A DNA stretch of 64,000 bases, from NCBI GenBank assembly GCA_038087875.1, contig CM075994.1:3474001-3538000 (forward strand), read 5' to 3'. This stretch comes from Malacoraja senta (Eukaryota). Under the pieces are notes generated by a model, which ran no database searches, was not told the origin of the DNA, and was given only the letters and a program-made list of their open reading frames with translations. Within the stretch, counting starts at the first letter, position 1, and each line of letters opens with the position of its first letter. The position numbers and the translations under genes were made by a program. Shown piece after piece: positions 26,448 through 39,810 of this stretch.

Positions 26448-29400
26448 TCATAAAACGGGAAAACACTGAAGGAATTCAGCCATTAACATCTGGAAATGGA
26501 AGTCAAGTAACTAAAATAATAAGCGAAAAGGAACAACCGAAGTTACAACCATTCGAATATACAGAACACAATTTACAGGATTTGGAATACGATATAGACC
26601 CGGACAATAATTTTTACTTTAATTCTAACGACAAAAATATCTGCTGCTACTACACAGAGGAGCAGTATAATCAGAATATTAATACAAAAGGCAAATTATC
26701 TATTATCCACTTTAATAGCAGGAGCCTCTATACGAATTTCAATAGTATTAAAGAGTATTTACAAAAAATTTCACAACCATTCAATGTCATCGCAATATCT
26801 GAAACATGGATTAATCAAGAAAAGGGAATTGATTTTGAGATGGACGGATATGACTTCAATTACATCAATAGAAAAAATAAGGGGGGAGGAGGGGTAGCAC
26901 TATATGTGGATACAACTCTGAATTATAAGGTAGTAGATAATATGACAACTGTGGTTGACAATCTGCATGAATGTATAACTATAGAAATAAGTAATGGTGG
27001 AAATAAAAATGTAATCATTAGCTGTATATATAGGGCACCGGGGTCAAGTATTGAAATCTTCAGGGGCTGGATGGAGAGTATGTTTTCAACAACAGGTAGT
27101 AAATCCGTGTTTTTATGTGGAGATTTCAATATTGACCTACTAAATCCTAATCAACACAACCTTACAGAAGATTTTATTAATACTATGTACAGCATGAGTC
27201 TATTTCCGAAAATCACTAGACCGAGTAGAATTACTTCCCATTGCGCTACACTCATTGACAATATATTTAACAGTGATTTGGAAAATAAAATAGTAAGTGG
27301 ATTATTAATTAATGATATAAGTGACCATCTGCCAGTTTTTGTAGTTTATGATGGTGTCCACAGGAACAACAAACCAAGCGGATTAATAGAATATAGAAGA
27401 GTGAGATCGGAGGAAGCTATCAATGCACTAAAAAAGGATCTATTGGCACAAAACTGGAATATAATATACCAAAAAAGAGACATTGATAGTGCTTATGAAA
27501 CATTTATTGATATGTTTAAATTATTATATGATACAAATTGTCCAATTAAAGAATATAATAGAAAATCAAAATATACTAAATGTCCATGGATTACAAAGGG
27601 ATTACAAAATGCTTGTAAAAAAAAAATGGCCTATACAGAGATTTTATAAGAGAGAGAACTAAAGATACAGAAAATAAATATAAAAAGTATAAAAATAAAT
27701 TAACTTACATCATAAGAGAAAGCAAGAAAGATTATTATAAGAAGAAATTAGATGACAATAAAGACAATATAAAAAGAATATGGAGCATACTTAATAGCAT
27801 TATCCGAAATGGTCCGGGGAGAACAAATTACCCGAAGTATTTTATTGATAAGGATAAGGAAATTTACAATATGGAAGATATAGCTAATAGCTTTAATAAT
27901 TTTTTTGTTAATATTGGACCAGACCTGGCTAAACAAATCCCTGATTCAGGGACATCTGGAGAAACACCTGAGAAATTAGTGGAAAGAAATCCCTGCTCTA
28001 TGTTTCTTACGGCAGTAGAAGAGAAAGAACTGCTGGATATTGTCAAAACATGTAAAAATAAGAAGTCTACCGATTTCAATGACATTGACATGTCGCTAGT
28101 TAAGATGGTCATTGAGGGGATCTCCAAACCTTTAACATTCATCTGTAATTTATCCTTCCAGACCGGCACTTTTCCAATTAAAATGAAAATAGCAAAAATA
28201 ATACCAATATACAAAACAGGGAACAAGCATCATTTTACAAACTATAGACCTGTTTCCTTACTCCCACAATTTTCCAAAACATTAGAAAAAATGTTTAATA
28301 ATAGACTAGACAAATTTGTAGAAAATAATAAATTATTAACAGAAAGTCAATATGGATTCAGAACAAATAGATCAACATCACTTGCAATACTAGAATTAAT
28401 TGAAGACATCACAAACGCCATTGATAAGAAATTATATGCAGCTGGGATATTCATTGACATAAAAAAAGCATTTGATACAATTAATCATGATATTTTATTA
28501 AAAAAATTGGAGAGGTATGGAATTAGAGGAATAGTACTGGACTGGATTAAAAGTTACTTAAGTAACAGGCAACAGTTTGTAAATCTGGGTAGTCATAATT
28601 CTACATGTTTGGACATTGTGTGTGGTGTACCACAGGGGTCAGTGCTGGGCCCATATTATTTATCATGTACATAAATGATATTTGTAATGTGTCCAATGTC
28701 TTGAGGCTGGTTTTGTTTGCAGATGATACAAATATTTTTTGCTCTGGGGAAAATTTAAAAAGGCTATTGGATAAAATAATAAAAGAAATGGGTAAATTGA
28801 AAATATGGTTTGATAGTAATAAAATTTCATTAAATCTGAGTAAAACTAAAATAATGTTATTTGGTAATTGTAGAATAAGTCCCCTAGTAAGTATAAAGAT
28901 AAATGGGGTGGAAGTTGAAAGAGTGCATGAAAATAAATTTCTTGGGGTTATAATTGACGATAAAATAAGCTGGAAATCACATATTAAACATGTAAAATTA
29001 AAATTATCAAAAAGTATCTCTGTATTATACAAAGCCAAGCAAGCTCTGGATTACAAATCACTCCGTATTCTTTATTGTACATTAATTTTACCCTACTTAA
29101 ATTATTGTACAGAAGTCTGGGGAAATAATTATAAAAATTCGATACACTCATTAACCATGATGCAAAAAAGAGCAATTCGTATTATCCATAATGCTAAGTA
29201 TCTGGGTCATACGAATCCATTATTTTTAGAGTCAAAATTATTAAAATTAGAAGATTTGGTCACATTCAAAACAGCTCAGATAATGTTTAGGGCCAAAAAT
29301 AAAAATTTACCTGGAAACATTCAAAAATTATTTAACGAGCGTGTGGGGGGTTACAACTTAAGAGGAATATTTAACTTTAAGAAACAACAAGTCCGTACGA

Positions 29401-29549
29401 CTAGAAAATCCTTTTGTATTTCGGTTTGTGGAGTAGGAGTGTGGAATAAATTGAACGGGGAATTGAAGCAATGCACAAACATGAATCATTTTAAAATGAT
29501 ATATAAAAAAATAATGCTCAAGGGGTACAGGGATGGAGGGGATGGTTGA
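26444..29549 (+). pseudogene. LINE ORF2 (APE plus RT), two homopolymer frameshifts
   Basis: Track ORFs 26444-27649, 27871-28674 and 28605-29549 join by adding one A at about 27620 and one C at about 28650; ATGA overlap with the ORF1 stop. Confidence 0.85.
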
Positions 29550-30099
29550 CAAGTGGGGGTTGATGTTTATCTTGTTTACAATCGTTGATGATTATCTTGT
29601 TAATATTGTTGATGTTTATCTTGTTTACTATTGTTCACTGATGTTGGGTACTTCAAATATGAAGATTGTATGTACATAATAGTTGAATGTATATAAGTGT
29701 CTGTATGTATTATGGGAAATTGCCTAGGGCAGTACTATTATTAGTAAGGAATTGATTTTTAAATACGATAGAAGTGTTGGGGAAAAGGGGTGAGATTTAA
29801 TAAGTTATTCTTCTTCTCACTCCTTTTCGAGCTTGTACAGACTCTGAGTTGGACATTGGAACCTTGATTTTGTTCTTCTCAATTGTAAATGTTGATTGCA
29901 ATGTTCAATTGTTTGATAATTTCGATTTTGTTAATATCAATGTCTTTAATGTCTTTACTTGTTCGGAATAAATAAATAAATAAATAAATAAATAAAATTA
30001 CTCAAATCAAATTGTGTACAAGTCCCAATTACCTCAATAATTAAGAGAGTAGTTTTCATATACATTCTTTGTAGGATAGAATAACATTTGCCTTTTATT

Positions 30100-30842
30100 T
30101 AAATCCAAGACCAAGTGGGACCGGCTGGGTCCCTGTCACACGGGAGGGCTGGTCCCCGAACGCAATATTCCACCACTCACCCATTGCCCCCAACTGCGCA
30201 GGCGTGGCTGACGGGTTCCCGTTGTGTCACCAGAGATCCCCGTTGTGACGCGAGTGACGCAACCCCCCCCAACTGCGCCTCGCCATCCCTCTTCCTACCC
30301 CTATCCTCCTCTATTCCCCCTCATCCCCAGCACTCCCTCCCCCTCCTCTTGACCCTCCATCTTATTTCCCCTCTCTTCCTCCGCTCCCCCACTTCTCCCT
30401 CCCACTCTCTTCCCCTAACCTCAGTCACTCCTTCCCTCCCACTATAACCCCTCTCCCAACCCTACCCCTCCTATCCCCCACTTCACCGCCCCCATCCGAC
30501 CCCCCACTCTCTCTCCTCACCTCCCCCACTGCTCTCTTCTCCCTCTTTCCCCCACTCCATACCGCCTCCACTGCCCCCGTTCTCTCCCTCCATTCCTCCT
30601 GCGACCCCACTCTTCCTCCTAACCTCCCCCACGTTCCCCCCTCTCCCTCCCTAACCCCTCCGCTCCCTCAATGCCCCCACTCTCCCTCCTCACCTCCCCA
30701 GGATCTCGAGAGTCCCGCTCCTCTCCCTCCTAGCTGGCCCGAAGCAGCAGCGCAGCCGCCCCCAGAGCCAGCCTCAGCGCCCAGGCCCCGGATCCTCGGC
30801 GCGGCCTCTCCCAGCCCCCGGACTCCTGGTCCGGGGGCTGGT
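30100..30842. repeat. Unclassified interspersed repeat with C/T-rich low-complexity core
   Basis: Abrupt GC-rich block; CT-rich tract about 30285-30740. Confidence 0.55.
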
Positions 30843-31118
30843 TCTGTATATGGTTCTGTTTGTGACGTGGAAGATTTCATGAACGCAGCTTACTGAATCT
30901 TATGTTCTGACGTATAGAAGATTTGGTGTCCAACCTGTGAACGATGCGTCAGTGTAACTATTTTCAGCAATTTGAATCAGCGATCCACAGACACAAAGGA
31001 ACATTTGTCGCTAATATATCCCGTGCGTTGCCCTCATGAAGAACCTAAAAGCATCAATTTATTTAGTGACCGCCAAGATGAAATATGCCGCCTTCCAAAC
31101 GTTTTTTTCGCATATATC

Positions 31119-33405
31119 TGTAAAGATTCTATAACGAGGCATCGTTACTTTACTATCTTTATTCATACTGGAGCATTACATATTGCACTAGCTGTACGTG
31201 GTCTGTCACAGGAACTAGAGAGCGATCTGTGGGTGGGGAGGTTGTAGTTATACTTGTGATATGGGGAGTGGTTAGTAGGTATGAGGTCACTATGTTAAAG
31301 GCACATGCATATATCATCTACATCCTTCCCCTTCGAAACGACAGGCAAATACAATGGTGACAGGGCGACCACAGCTCATGCGCTAGGACAGTTAAACAAA
31401 ATCGCCATAGCGGACAGGCGGTTTGACAAGACGTCCCGACCGGGTTCGGGTCTCGCCATCCTCCCTTCCGGCAGGAGGAAGAGGCACCGATGGGGGCAGA
31501 CGAACCTGAAAGGGGGAAACGGGAGGAGACGGAGGAGACCGCGGCACCAAACCCGGAGGTGACGCGGGATCAGGAGCGGGCAGAGCGCGGGCAGGCGAGC
31601 GAGGACTAGTCGGAGCAGGGTGGGACGGAAGGAGTTGAGGAGGTGGAGAACGTTGCATGTTAGGAAGGACGGGCAGATCAACGCCCGGACGCGAAGCCGG
31701 CAGTGGGGGAGCAAAGGGATCCGCGGCAGGAGGACGCGGCTCGTTGACGAGCCGAAGGTGCTGGCGGGACCGACGGTAAATGGCTCCCGCATGGTCGACG
31801 AGATAGGACCTGGGCGACCCAGCTGAGCCGACGACAGTAGCGAGCTTGGAGTGACCGGAAGTGGTCTGCATACGGACAACTTGACGGGGAAGAGGCGCGG
31901 CAGCGGGTGGCAGGACCTGTCATGGGAACGCTTTTGGACATCGTGCCTGAAGGCAATGCGTTTCTGAACCGCCGCAGGTGGGAGGACGGAGGGTATGAGG
32001 GAGCGCTGGGCCACCGGGAGCGGGAGCCTGGTAGCGCGAGACATGAGCCGCTGAGCAGGGGAACCCATGGCAGAGTCGCGGGAAATGTTGCGGAGGTTGA
32101 GGAGGGCCAGATTGAAGTCGGAGTTAATGCCACCACACTGTTCCAGCAGGTGCTTCGCGCTGCGGACGGCACGCTCGGCCAGACCGTTGCTTTGCGGGTA
32201 CTCCGGGCTGCTGGTGAAATGGCGGAAGTTCCATCTGGAAGCGAACGCTTTAAACTCGGAGCTCGTGAACTGGCTGCCATTGTCCGACTGCAGGCTTGCC
32301 GGGGGGGGGGCAAAAGTGCCAAAATGAGGGTATAACCTGTCGATGATGGCCGAAGAGGTTAGGGAGTGCAGCCGGTCGACCACAAACCAGCTGGAGTAGG
32401 AGTCAACGAGAACCAGGAAGTGTTTGCCTCGCCACTCGAAAATGTCGGCGGCAAGCGCCATCCAGGGCAGTTCGGGCGCGGGCTGCTGCAGAAGCGGCTG
32501 ACGCTGCTGGTGGGGGAACCATGCCCAGGACGTGTCCTTTTTTTATCAAGTCCCTCAGGGGAGCGCTGAGCTCGCTGAGGTCGGGGATGAACTTCCCCAG
32601 GTAGTTTACCATGCCCAGGAAGCGTTGTAGGCCTGCCACATTAGTAGGAGAAGGCATCCCTGAAATGGCAGCCGTTTTTTGCGGGTCTGGCTTTAACCCC
32701 TCGGCGGTGAATACATGTCCAACATAGGTGACCTCGGGGACGCGGAATCGGCACTTCTTGGGGTTCAGTTTCAAGTTGATTTGCCGGGCCCGGTCCAGGA
32801 CCTGGCGGAGGTTGACATCGTGTTCGGCAACGTCCTTACCGTAAACGAGGATGTCGTCAACAATGATGGCGCATGGTAGACCTGAAAACAACTGCTCCAT
32901 TGTCTGTTGGAATACCTCGCTGGCAGAGTTGATTCCGAATGGCATTCGGAGAAACCGAAACCTTCCGTAGGGGGTGGCGGAAGTTGTCAAAATGGACGAC
33001 TGCTCGTCCAGTGGTATCTGCCAGAAGGAGCTTTTGGCATCGAGGACAAAAAAACCGTTGCCGGACCAACCTGTGCAGCGACTTCTTCTACCGTTCTCAT
33101 AGGGTAGTGCGGGCGTCTAATGGCCAGGTTGAGGTCTTTGGGGTTGATGCAGAGCGTCCAGGTTGATGGAGGCGTGAGTTCGAATCCCACTTCTGACACC
33201 ATGTAAAGATTCTATAACGAGGCATCGTTACTTTACTATCTTTATTCATACTGGAGCATTACATATTGCACTAGCTGTACGTGGTCTGTCACAGGAACTA
33301 GAGAGCGATCTGTGGGTGGGGAGGTTGTAGTTATATTTGTGATATGGGGAGTGGTTAGTAGGTATGAGGTCACTATGTTAAAGGCACATGCATATATCAT
33401 CTACA
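31119..33405 (-). mobile_element. Gypsy LTR retrotransposon, internally deleted, recent insertion
   Basis: 204-bp TG…CA LTRs at 31119-31322 and 33202-33405 with one mismatch; 5-bp TSD ATATC; tRNA-Leu PBS; PPT; RT (RMPFG, IVDDIL) and integrase (SDNGSQF, PQSNGLAER). Confidence 0.96.
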
Positions 33406-33615
33406 ATATCCCACAGCTCTCTCCTTTCCAATTATTCAATAAAAGTTAACGGAACATAAACTGTAATTTAAATTTATTACTAGCTGACAGGAAGGCAAAT
33501 AATTTATAAATCTATTTATTCTGTTACCATTCGTTATATTGTCAAAAAACTGCTCTGATATTGCATAAGTATAACATTAATTTATTTAACTCTTATATTA
33601 TTATTGTTTGGTTAG

Positions 33616-33642
33616 AAACGAGAGCAACTCGCGCACAATTAG
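33616..33642 (+). CDS. Microexon 15 (27 nt); ETRATRAQL
   Basis: ttattgtttggttAG|AAACGAGA…CAATTAG|GTgagc. Confidence 0.83.
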   Translation, partial: KREQLAHN

Positions 33643-33954
33643 GTGAGCACTCATACATATGTGTAATTGCATTACCATCTTAGTTCCAGAAATATGCAAA
33701 AGGCGGAAAACTGGAATAAAAACAAAAAGTGCTAAATGACCTCAGGTGAATAGCGCCTGCAGAAAGGCAAACAGTAAATCCTGCGGGACCGTCACCCTTT
33801 GTTAGATTGAATAGACAGAAGTACAAGTTACTTTCTCAGTAGGAGAGGTAACGGTTGGGTGATGTGTGGAACAAAGGAAGCAACCCTGCTAGGATGAATC
33901 AAAGTAGCTTAATTTACCAATATTTAAGATTCTAAGGCTGTTTAATGCGTTGAT

Positions 33955-35066
33955 TTGTTTCGTTTGGAAATACAGCGTGGAAACAGGCCTTTCTGCCCAC
34001 AGCGTGCTCGCCGACCAAAGATCGCTAGTACACTAGTACCAGCATCAGAAAATACCCACTAGACAATAGGTGCAGGAGTAAGCCATTTGGCCCTTCGAGC
34101 CAGCAACGCCATTCACTGGGATCATGGCTGATCATTTACATTCAGTACCCCGTTTCTGACTTCTCTCCATGTCCCCTTACTCCGCTATCTTTAAGAGCTC
34201 TATCTAACTCTCTCTTGAAAGCATCCAGAGATGTGGACTCCACTGCCTTCTGAGGCAGAGAATTCCACAGATTCACAACTCTCTGGATGAAAACGTTTTT
34301 CCTCATCTCCGTTCTATATGGCCTACCCCTTATTCTTAAACTGTGGCTCTTGGTTCCGGACTCCCCCAACACCTGGAACATGTTTCCTGCCTCTAACGTG
34401 TCCAATCCATTGATAATCTTATATGTTTCAATAATATCCCCTCTCACCTTCTATATTCCAGAGTATACAAGCCCACCCGCTCCATTCTCTCAACATATGA
34501 CAGATCGCCATCCTGGGAATTAAACTCGTGAACCTCCGCTGCACTCCCTCAATAGCAAGAATGTCCTTCCTCAAATTTGTGTAACAAAACTGCTCACAAT
34601 TCTCCAGGTGTGACCTCACTAGCACTGTACAACTGCAGAAGGATATATTTTCTGCAATACTCAAGTACTCTTGTTATGAAGGCCAACATGCCATTAGGTT
34701 TATTCACTGCCTGCTGTACCTGCATGCTTACTTTCAGTGACTGATGAACAAGGACTCTCAGATCTTTGTGCTTCCCCTTTTCCCAACTTGACGCCTTTCA
34801 GATAATAATCTGCCTTCCTGGTTTTGCCACCAAAGTGGATAACCTCACATTTATCCACATTATCCTACAGAAGGGACAATATACCGAAGCCAATTAATTT
34901 ACAAATGTGCACATTTTTGGAATGAGGGAGGAAACCGGTTCACCCAGAGAGAACGCACGAGGTCAGGGGGGAACTTACAAGCTCCATTCAGGCAGCACCG
35001 GTAGTCAGGATCGTACCCGAGTATCTGGCGCTGTGAGGCAGGAACTCATCGCCTCTGCCACTGTGG
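33955..35066 (-). mobile_element. HE1-like V-SINE interrupted by a CR1 fragment (about 34060-34862, minus strand)
   Basis: SINE 3' part at 33955-34040, 5' tRNA-like/V part at 34865-35066; CR1 RT C-terminus and tail between them. Confidence 0.75.
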
Positions 35067-35629
35067 CGCATTGTTTATGGCAAACGGAACGTGGAAACCT
35101 CGAAGTTATTGGCCACATTTAATTGTTCCTTTTCAGAACATCATCCTGTATGAACAGATACTGATACTTATGAACTGCGCAATCGATGGAAGTCCTCAAA
35201 CAATACTCAATGGAAATTGTGTGCAGAATTTCTGCCTGGATTAATTTGAGAGAGGGGGTTACAACGGAAAGAAACAATCGCGATATTCTAAAATATCCAG
35301 CCGACAAAGAAAACATATTCATTTTACGTTATAAAAGCGATGTAATCGGTGGACGTTGTAAGTGTTTGAAGATCTTAATTTTCATCTAGGTTAACGTTTT
35401 CAACAATGATTAGTTAACGGGTCATTTTCTGTTATTTTTTGCCTCTGTGCACGCTTCTGAAGGATGCCTGGCCATGTACAATTTTGTGTCAGGTTCAAAT
35501 GAGTCCAAGATAAGCAGCAGGTGTTTGGCAAATGATTCTTTAACAACTATTTCATAGACGGAGATGCTTGGTTAAGAGTATTCGGCGCGTGATTTTTTTT
35601 TAAATCTGCATACGATGGGAATCTAAAAT

Positions 35630-35915
35630 GCAAACAGAAATTGCTGGAAATGATCAGCATTGTCGCTTCTGAGAGGAAATAAACATAATTTCGTTTTCAA
35701 GGCCAAGATCCTTCGTCAGAACTGCAAAGGAGGGAAAATAATCTCGTTAATGTGGAAGGACGGTGATGGAGGAGGTAGACAGTCTGAAGTCTGAAAGGAC
35801 TCGACCCGAAACTTCATCTATTCCTTCGATCCAGAGATGCTGCATGTCCCGCTGAGTTACTCCAGCATTTTGTGTCCATCTGCGGTTTGAACCAGCATCT
35901 GCAGTTCCTTCCTAT
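35630..35915. mobile_element. Penelope-derived inverted remnant
   Basis: Degenerate opposed terminal motifs (tcgacccgaaac…gagttactccagcatttt). Confidence 0.6.
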
Positions 35916-36967
35916 ACGCGATAGAGTAGATATCGCAAATAGGATACAAAACCGAGTGACCACGATGATAAACTCTCAACTGAGAAGACGGCGACACCGT
36001 CCCATGCTTGAACGTTCGCCTGCCCATGGACAGAGTGGATACCTGCAGCTAATTGAGTAAAGATTTAACTGCAAAGTAAACCTCAGAACCTGATTTCAAT
36101 ATCTGCTGCCCCTTTTTTTTCAAGAGACATTATTAAATTGGCTATTTCCCGAACAACCATAGATACTGTAATTTGGCTGGCGGGCGGGGGTGGTCTATGC
36201 CGATGGTCGCTTGCACTGTGAAAGATTCAAAATTGCTTAGGGTGGTGCTTGGTTAATATTAGTGGCAACATAAAACATGAATGTATTGAACATTACATAG
36301 AACATCAAATATGGAAGTACTTACAGACCACAAACGCCACAAAGCAGGAATGAGGATCTGACCTGATTGTGGTGAGGTATATCTGTAACCACTGGATGGC
36401 GCTGTTGGCAGGAAACGCGATGTTATTCCCGATCGCAATGTTTTCTCGCCACCTTTGCTGGCGCTCCAACTGCAGAGTCAAATATACCACAGTCGCGTAT
36501 ATAGACTAATTCAGTCTAAAGTAGTTTCCGAACTGAAACGTCACCTGTCCATTCCCTCCCCAAATGCTGCCTGACACGCACAGTTCTTCAGGTACTTTGT
36601 GTTTCGATTGATTCGAAGGCTTCTTTACGTATTTTGTAAACGAAATTGGACATCTAATACTTATACAGCAAATGTTAAATGGGACGACCAAGGGGGCCAG
36701 TCACCTGTGAGTAAAGAATTTATCCCATATTTTATGGCGGTTAACCACTTTTTTTGGTGATGCACATTAAAACCTAAATCCCACAACCTATGCTCCTCTA
36801 ATACAAGGTTCCCTCAGAATTCTATTCCCAGTGATTTCAAATTTAAACCAGAAAACAGTTAGGAATTATATAATTCTTAGGTAGACTCTGTTATTCTTGT
36901 TTGGTTACTTTATTAAAAGAAGGTTCAGGAACTACTCTTTATAAATGCTTTATTTCTACCTTAATAG

Positions 36968-36994
36968 ATCTTAAAAGGTTTCGCGACAAAGCTA
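36968..36994 (+). CDS. Microexon 16 (27 nt); DLKRFRDKA
   Basis: tttctaccttaatAG|ATCTTAAA…AAAGCTA|GTaagt. Confidence 0.87.
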
Positions 36995-37204
36995 GTAAGT
37001 AATGTTTTGTTTTGTTCGTGTTAGAAGCAAACTCTTTCAATTTCATCACCTGAACGTGCAATAAATTTGGTAGAGAAGTATTGCATCTTATACTCCTGAT
37101 GAATTATGAAGAAATGACCATTTCCAATCCCTAACAAAGCATCCGATTAGTTGGGCGCAATGACCAATGGGCGATTGCATATGAGTAGCCTGTGAACGGT
37201 GTAG

Positions 37205-37410
37205 TTTAGTTTAGAGATACAGCACGGAAACAGGCACTTCGGCCCACCAAGTCCACACCGACCAGCGATCCCCGGACATTGACACTCTTCTACACACACT
37301 AGGGACAATTTACACTTATACCAAGCCAATTTACCTTCATACCTGTACGTATTTTGAGTAAGGTGCTCGGGTGCTTTAAGTGCTGTAAGGCAGCAGCTCT
37401 AATGCCGTGG
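37205..37410 (-). mobile_element. HE1-like V-SINE fragment
   Basis: tttagtttagagatacagcacggaaacagg…agggacaattt…ccaagccaat. Confidence 0.7.
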
Positions 37411-37868
37411 TATTCTATGCTATGAACGAACACAGACTTATTTATCTCTTACGCAATGGCAAGGAATAGCAACAGCTGAACGATATTACGCGCATAAATA
37501 ATGGACGCCTTATATTGATTGACCATGTTTCTTTTGCGACTGTAGTTTAATACTAAGTTCCTCTCACTCCATTGCCTGTCACTCATTCGGCTTCTGCCAG
37601 GATTGGTTAGATATCCATTATTGATATTTCTCTAATACATTCTCCAGCGAATGCCGAAATATCTTCATTCGTAGTCATGGTGTGAGATGCAATCCTAATA
37701 CTAATACCATTGGTATTTCTGGGTAACCTGCAAAGTTGGATGGGTCCAGTTGATTTCCCTTTGGAAACCACTTTGCAGGCAATAAGTAACGTAAAAAAGG
37801 ATGGATGGAGACGGCACATGTCCAACTTTTACTTTATAAACATTCTTGACTATCTTTTTTGTGTGCAG

Positions 37869-37892
37869 GAGACGCAGGAGCGTTAGATGAAG
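37869..37892 (+). CDS. Microexon 17 (24 nt); RDAGALDE
   Basis: tcttttttgtgtgcAG|GAGACGCA…GATGAAG|GTaaaa; resembles exon 11. Confidence 0.85.
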
Positions 37893-38212
37893 GTAAAAAA
37901 AATCATTTTTTCGAAGTATATATTACATAGTAGAAATGCAATATTCAGATTTTTCCTATAAATTTCCCATCGATTGTTCCAATACTACCACACAAGATGA
38001 GTTCACATTTCAAGAGTCAAGCGTGTTTTATTGTAATATGTCCTAGATAGAACAATTACATTCTTACTTGCTGCAGCACAACAGAATATGTACAGATAGT
38101 ATGTAAATAGTATGATAAACGAGAGAGAGAGAAAAAAGTCCTGTGTGTATTTCTACCCATACTCACATATATCTATATTATATTATGGAGTATCTATATA
38201 CTTTTCAAACTC

Positions 38213-38231
38213 TGTGTGTGTGTGTGTGTGT

Positions 38232-38276
<45 letters not shown>

Positions 38277-38318
38277 TGTGTGTGTGTGGCTGTGTGTGGC
38301 CGTGTGTGTGTATGTGTT
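38213..38318. repeat. (TG)n microsatellite
   Basis: Direct reading. Confidence 0.97.
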
Positions 38319-39284
38319 GGTGGGTGTCATTTTGCCTTTGAAAAGTATTTCCTCGAATACCAGACGCAAAAACGCAGAGCTTTTTACATATTTCGGTAGC
38401 GATTTAACATGATTTCAGAAATGCACTCCTCTGAAGATATGGTCAAATATTGCCGAAGATTTTGAATAAAATTGTTCACAAAACATTTCAAAAAAATTAA
38501 AATCAAACTGCTGCATGAGTCACAATGCCACCTCACAGATGTCCGATCACAATGGATCTCCTGTACATATGATATGACATCACAATGGGACAGGGGTGGG
38601 AGATTGGAACCTTCACGTGGTCCCACTAAAATCGTAGTCCCACTAAAATGAAACTGCTGCATGAGTCACAGTGCCATCTCACGCCACTGCTGCCCAGCTG
38701 CTGACGTTAAAATAACAGTTAATTGTTTACATCTTCTGGTAGAAATTTTACTTATGATTTCAAAAATCCAATCCTCTATACAGTTGGTCAATTATTTCCC
38801 GAGATATTTACTAAAATTTATAACCAAACTGACATTTGTTTTAAATATTAAGGTTGCCCAGCTGCTGACCTCACAGTGCCTTTGCACCTGGCTCAGCCTG
38901 CCTCCTGGCCCAGCCCCGCTGACCTCACAATGCCTTTTCACCTGGCCCAACTGACTCCTGGCCCCGCCCGGCCCCGCCCTCCCAGCCTGCCAGTTTGTTG
39001 ATTTCATTGTTTTTCATTGAATTTAATTTAATTATTTCTCACTTTACATTTCTCACTAATTCTTAACATTAACTTTTAATTTCAAAGAGTTAAAAAAAAA
39101 ATTGATGACTTCATTGACAGCTTGGATCGGACCCTCTATGCGTGTGGGGGTGGAGGGATTAGTGTGCGTGTGACGCGGCAGGCTTCTCGCCTGAATTCCA
39201 TAGAGCTGCCGACAGCTTTCGTGCATGAGACGCGCACGCTTCATTTGCAGAACATTCTGAACGCGTGACGCACGGTTGCATTTC

Positions 39285-39580
39285 GCTCTGTCACTCCTCC
39301 TCTCTCTCTCTCTCCCCATCTCTCTCTCCCCTCTCTCTCTCTCTATCTCCCCGTCTCTCTCTCTCCCTCTCTTTCTCTCCCCCTCTCCCATCCCTCTCTC
39401 TCTCCCCCACCCTCCCTCCCCTAAACCCCCTTCCCCCCTCCCATCACCTACCCCCTTCCTTCCACCACCTCCCCGCCCTCCTCCCTCTTCCTCCTCGCTT
39501 CCCCCCACCTCCCTTCCCCCCTCAGCCCCCCTCTCGCCCTCTCTCTCCTCCCATCTCTCTCACCCACCCTCCCCCCTTTG
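39285..39580. repeat. CT-rich low-complexity tract
   Basis: Direct reading. Confidence 0.9.
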
Positions 39581-39810
39581 GTCAATCGGTCAATCTCACT
39601 TCTATACACTGACTCATCACCATTTGCAATTCGTCCCACAATGGTGGTTCGTCGGCGAACTTAAAGATGGTCTTCGCATTGTGTCCGGCTACACAGTCAT
39701 GCATATAGAGTGAGTAGAACAGGTGGCTAGGCACACAACCTTGAGGTGCTCCCGTACTGATTGTTAATGTGGAAGAAGTATTTTTGCCAATTCGCAGACT
39801 GTGGTCCACT
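39580..39810 (-). mobile_element. Rex1-like RT fragment
   Basis: STGAPQGCV…HDCVA.HN..TIFKFAD. Confidence 0.75.

Larger units (their letters stand above)
25633..29995 (+). mobile_element. Full-length L2-clade (Crack/Daphne-like) LINE with ORF1 and ORF2
   Basis: ORF1 about 25730-26447 (coiled coil, LEQYTRENNIIITG, YMNEHLT); ORF2 26444-29549 (DIDPD, APE: SETW, GDFN, SDH; RT: FADD); (TAAA)n tail; candidate TSD AATTAC at 25627-25632 and 29996-30001. Confidence 0.92.

Noticed and set aside
33166..33201. Stand-alone tRNA-Leu gene
   Set aside because: Only the 3' half is present, it includes the post-transcriptional CCA, and it abuts an LTR, so it is a primer copy.
38112..39713. CV-repeat and Pro/Gly-rich ORFs
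   Set aside because: Simple-repeat and low-complexity artefacts.
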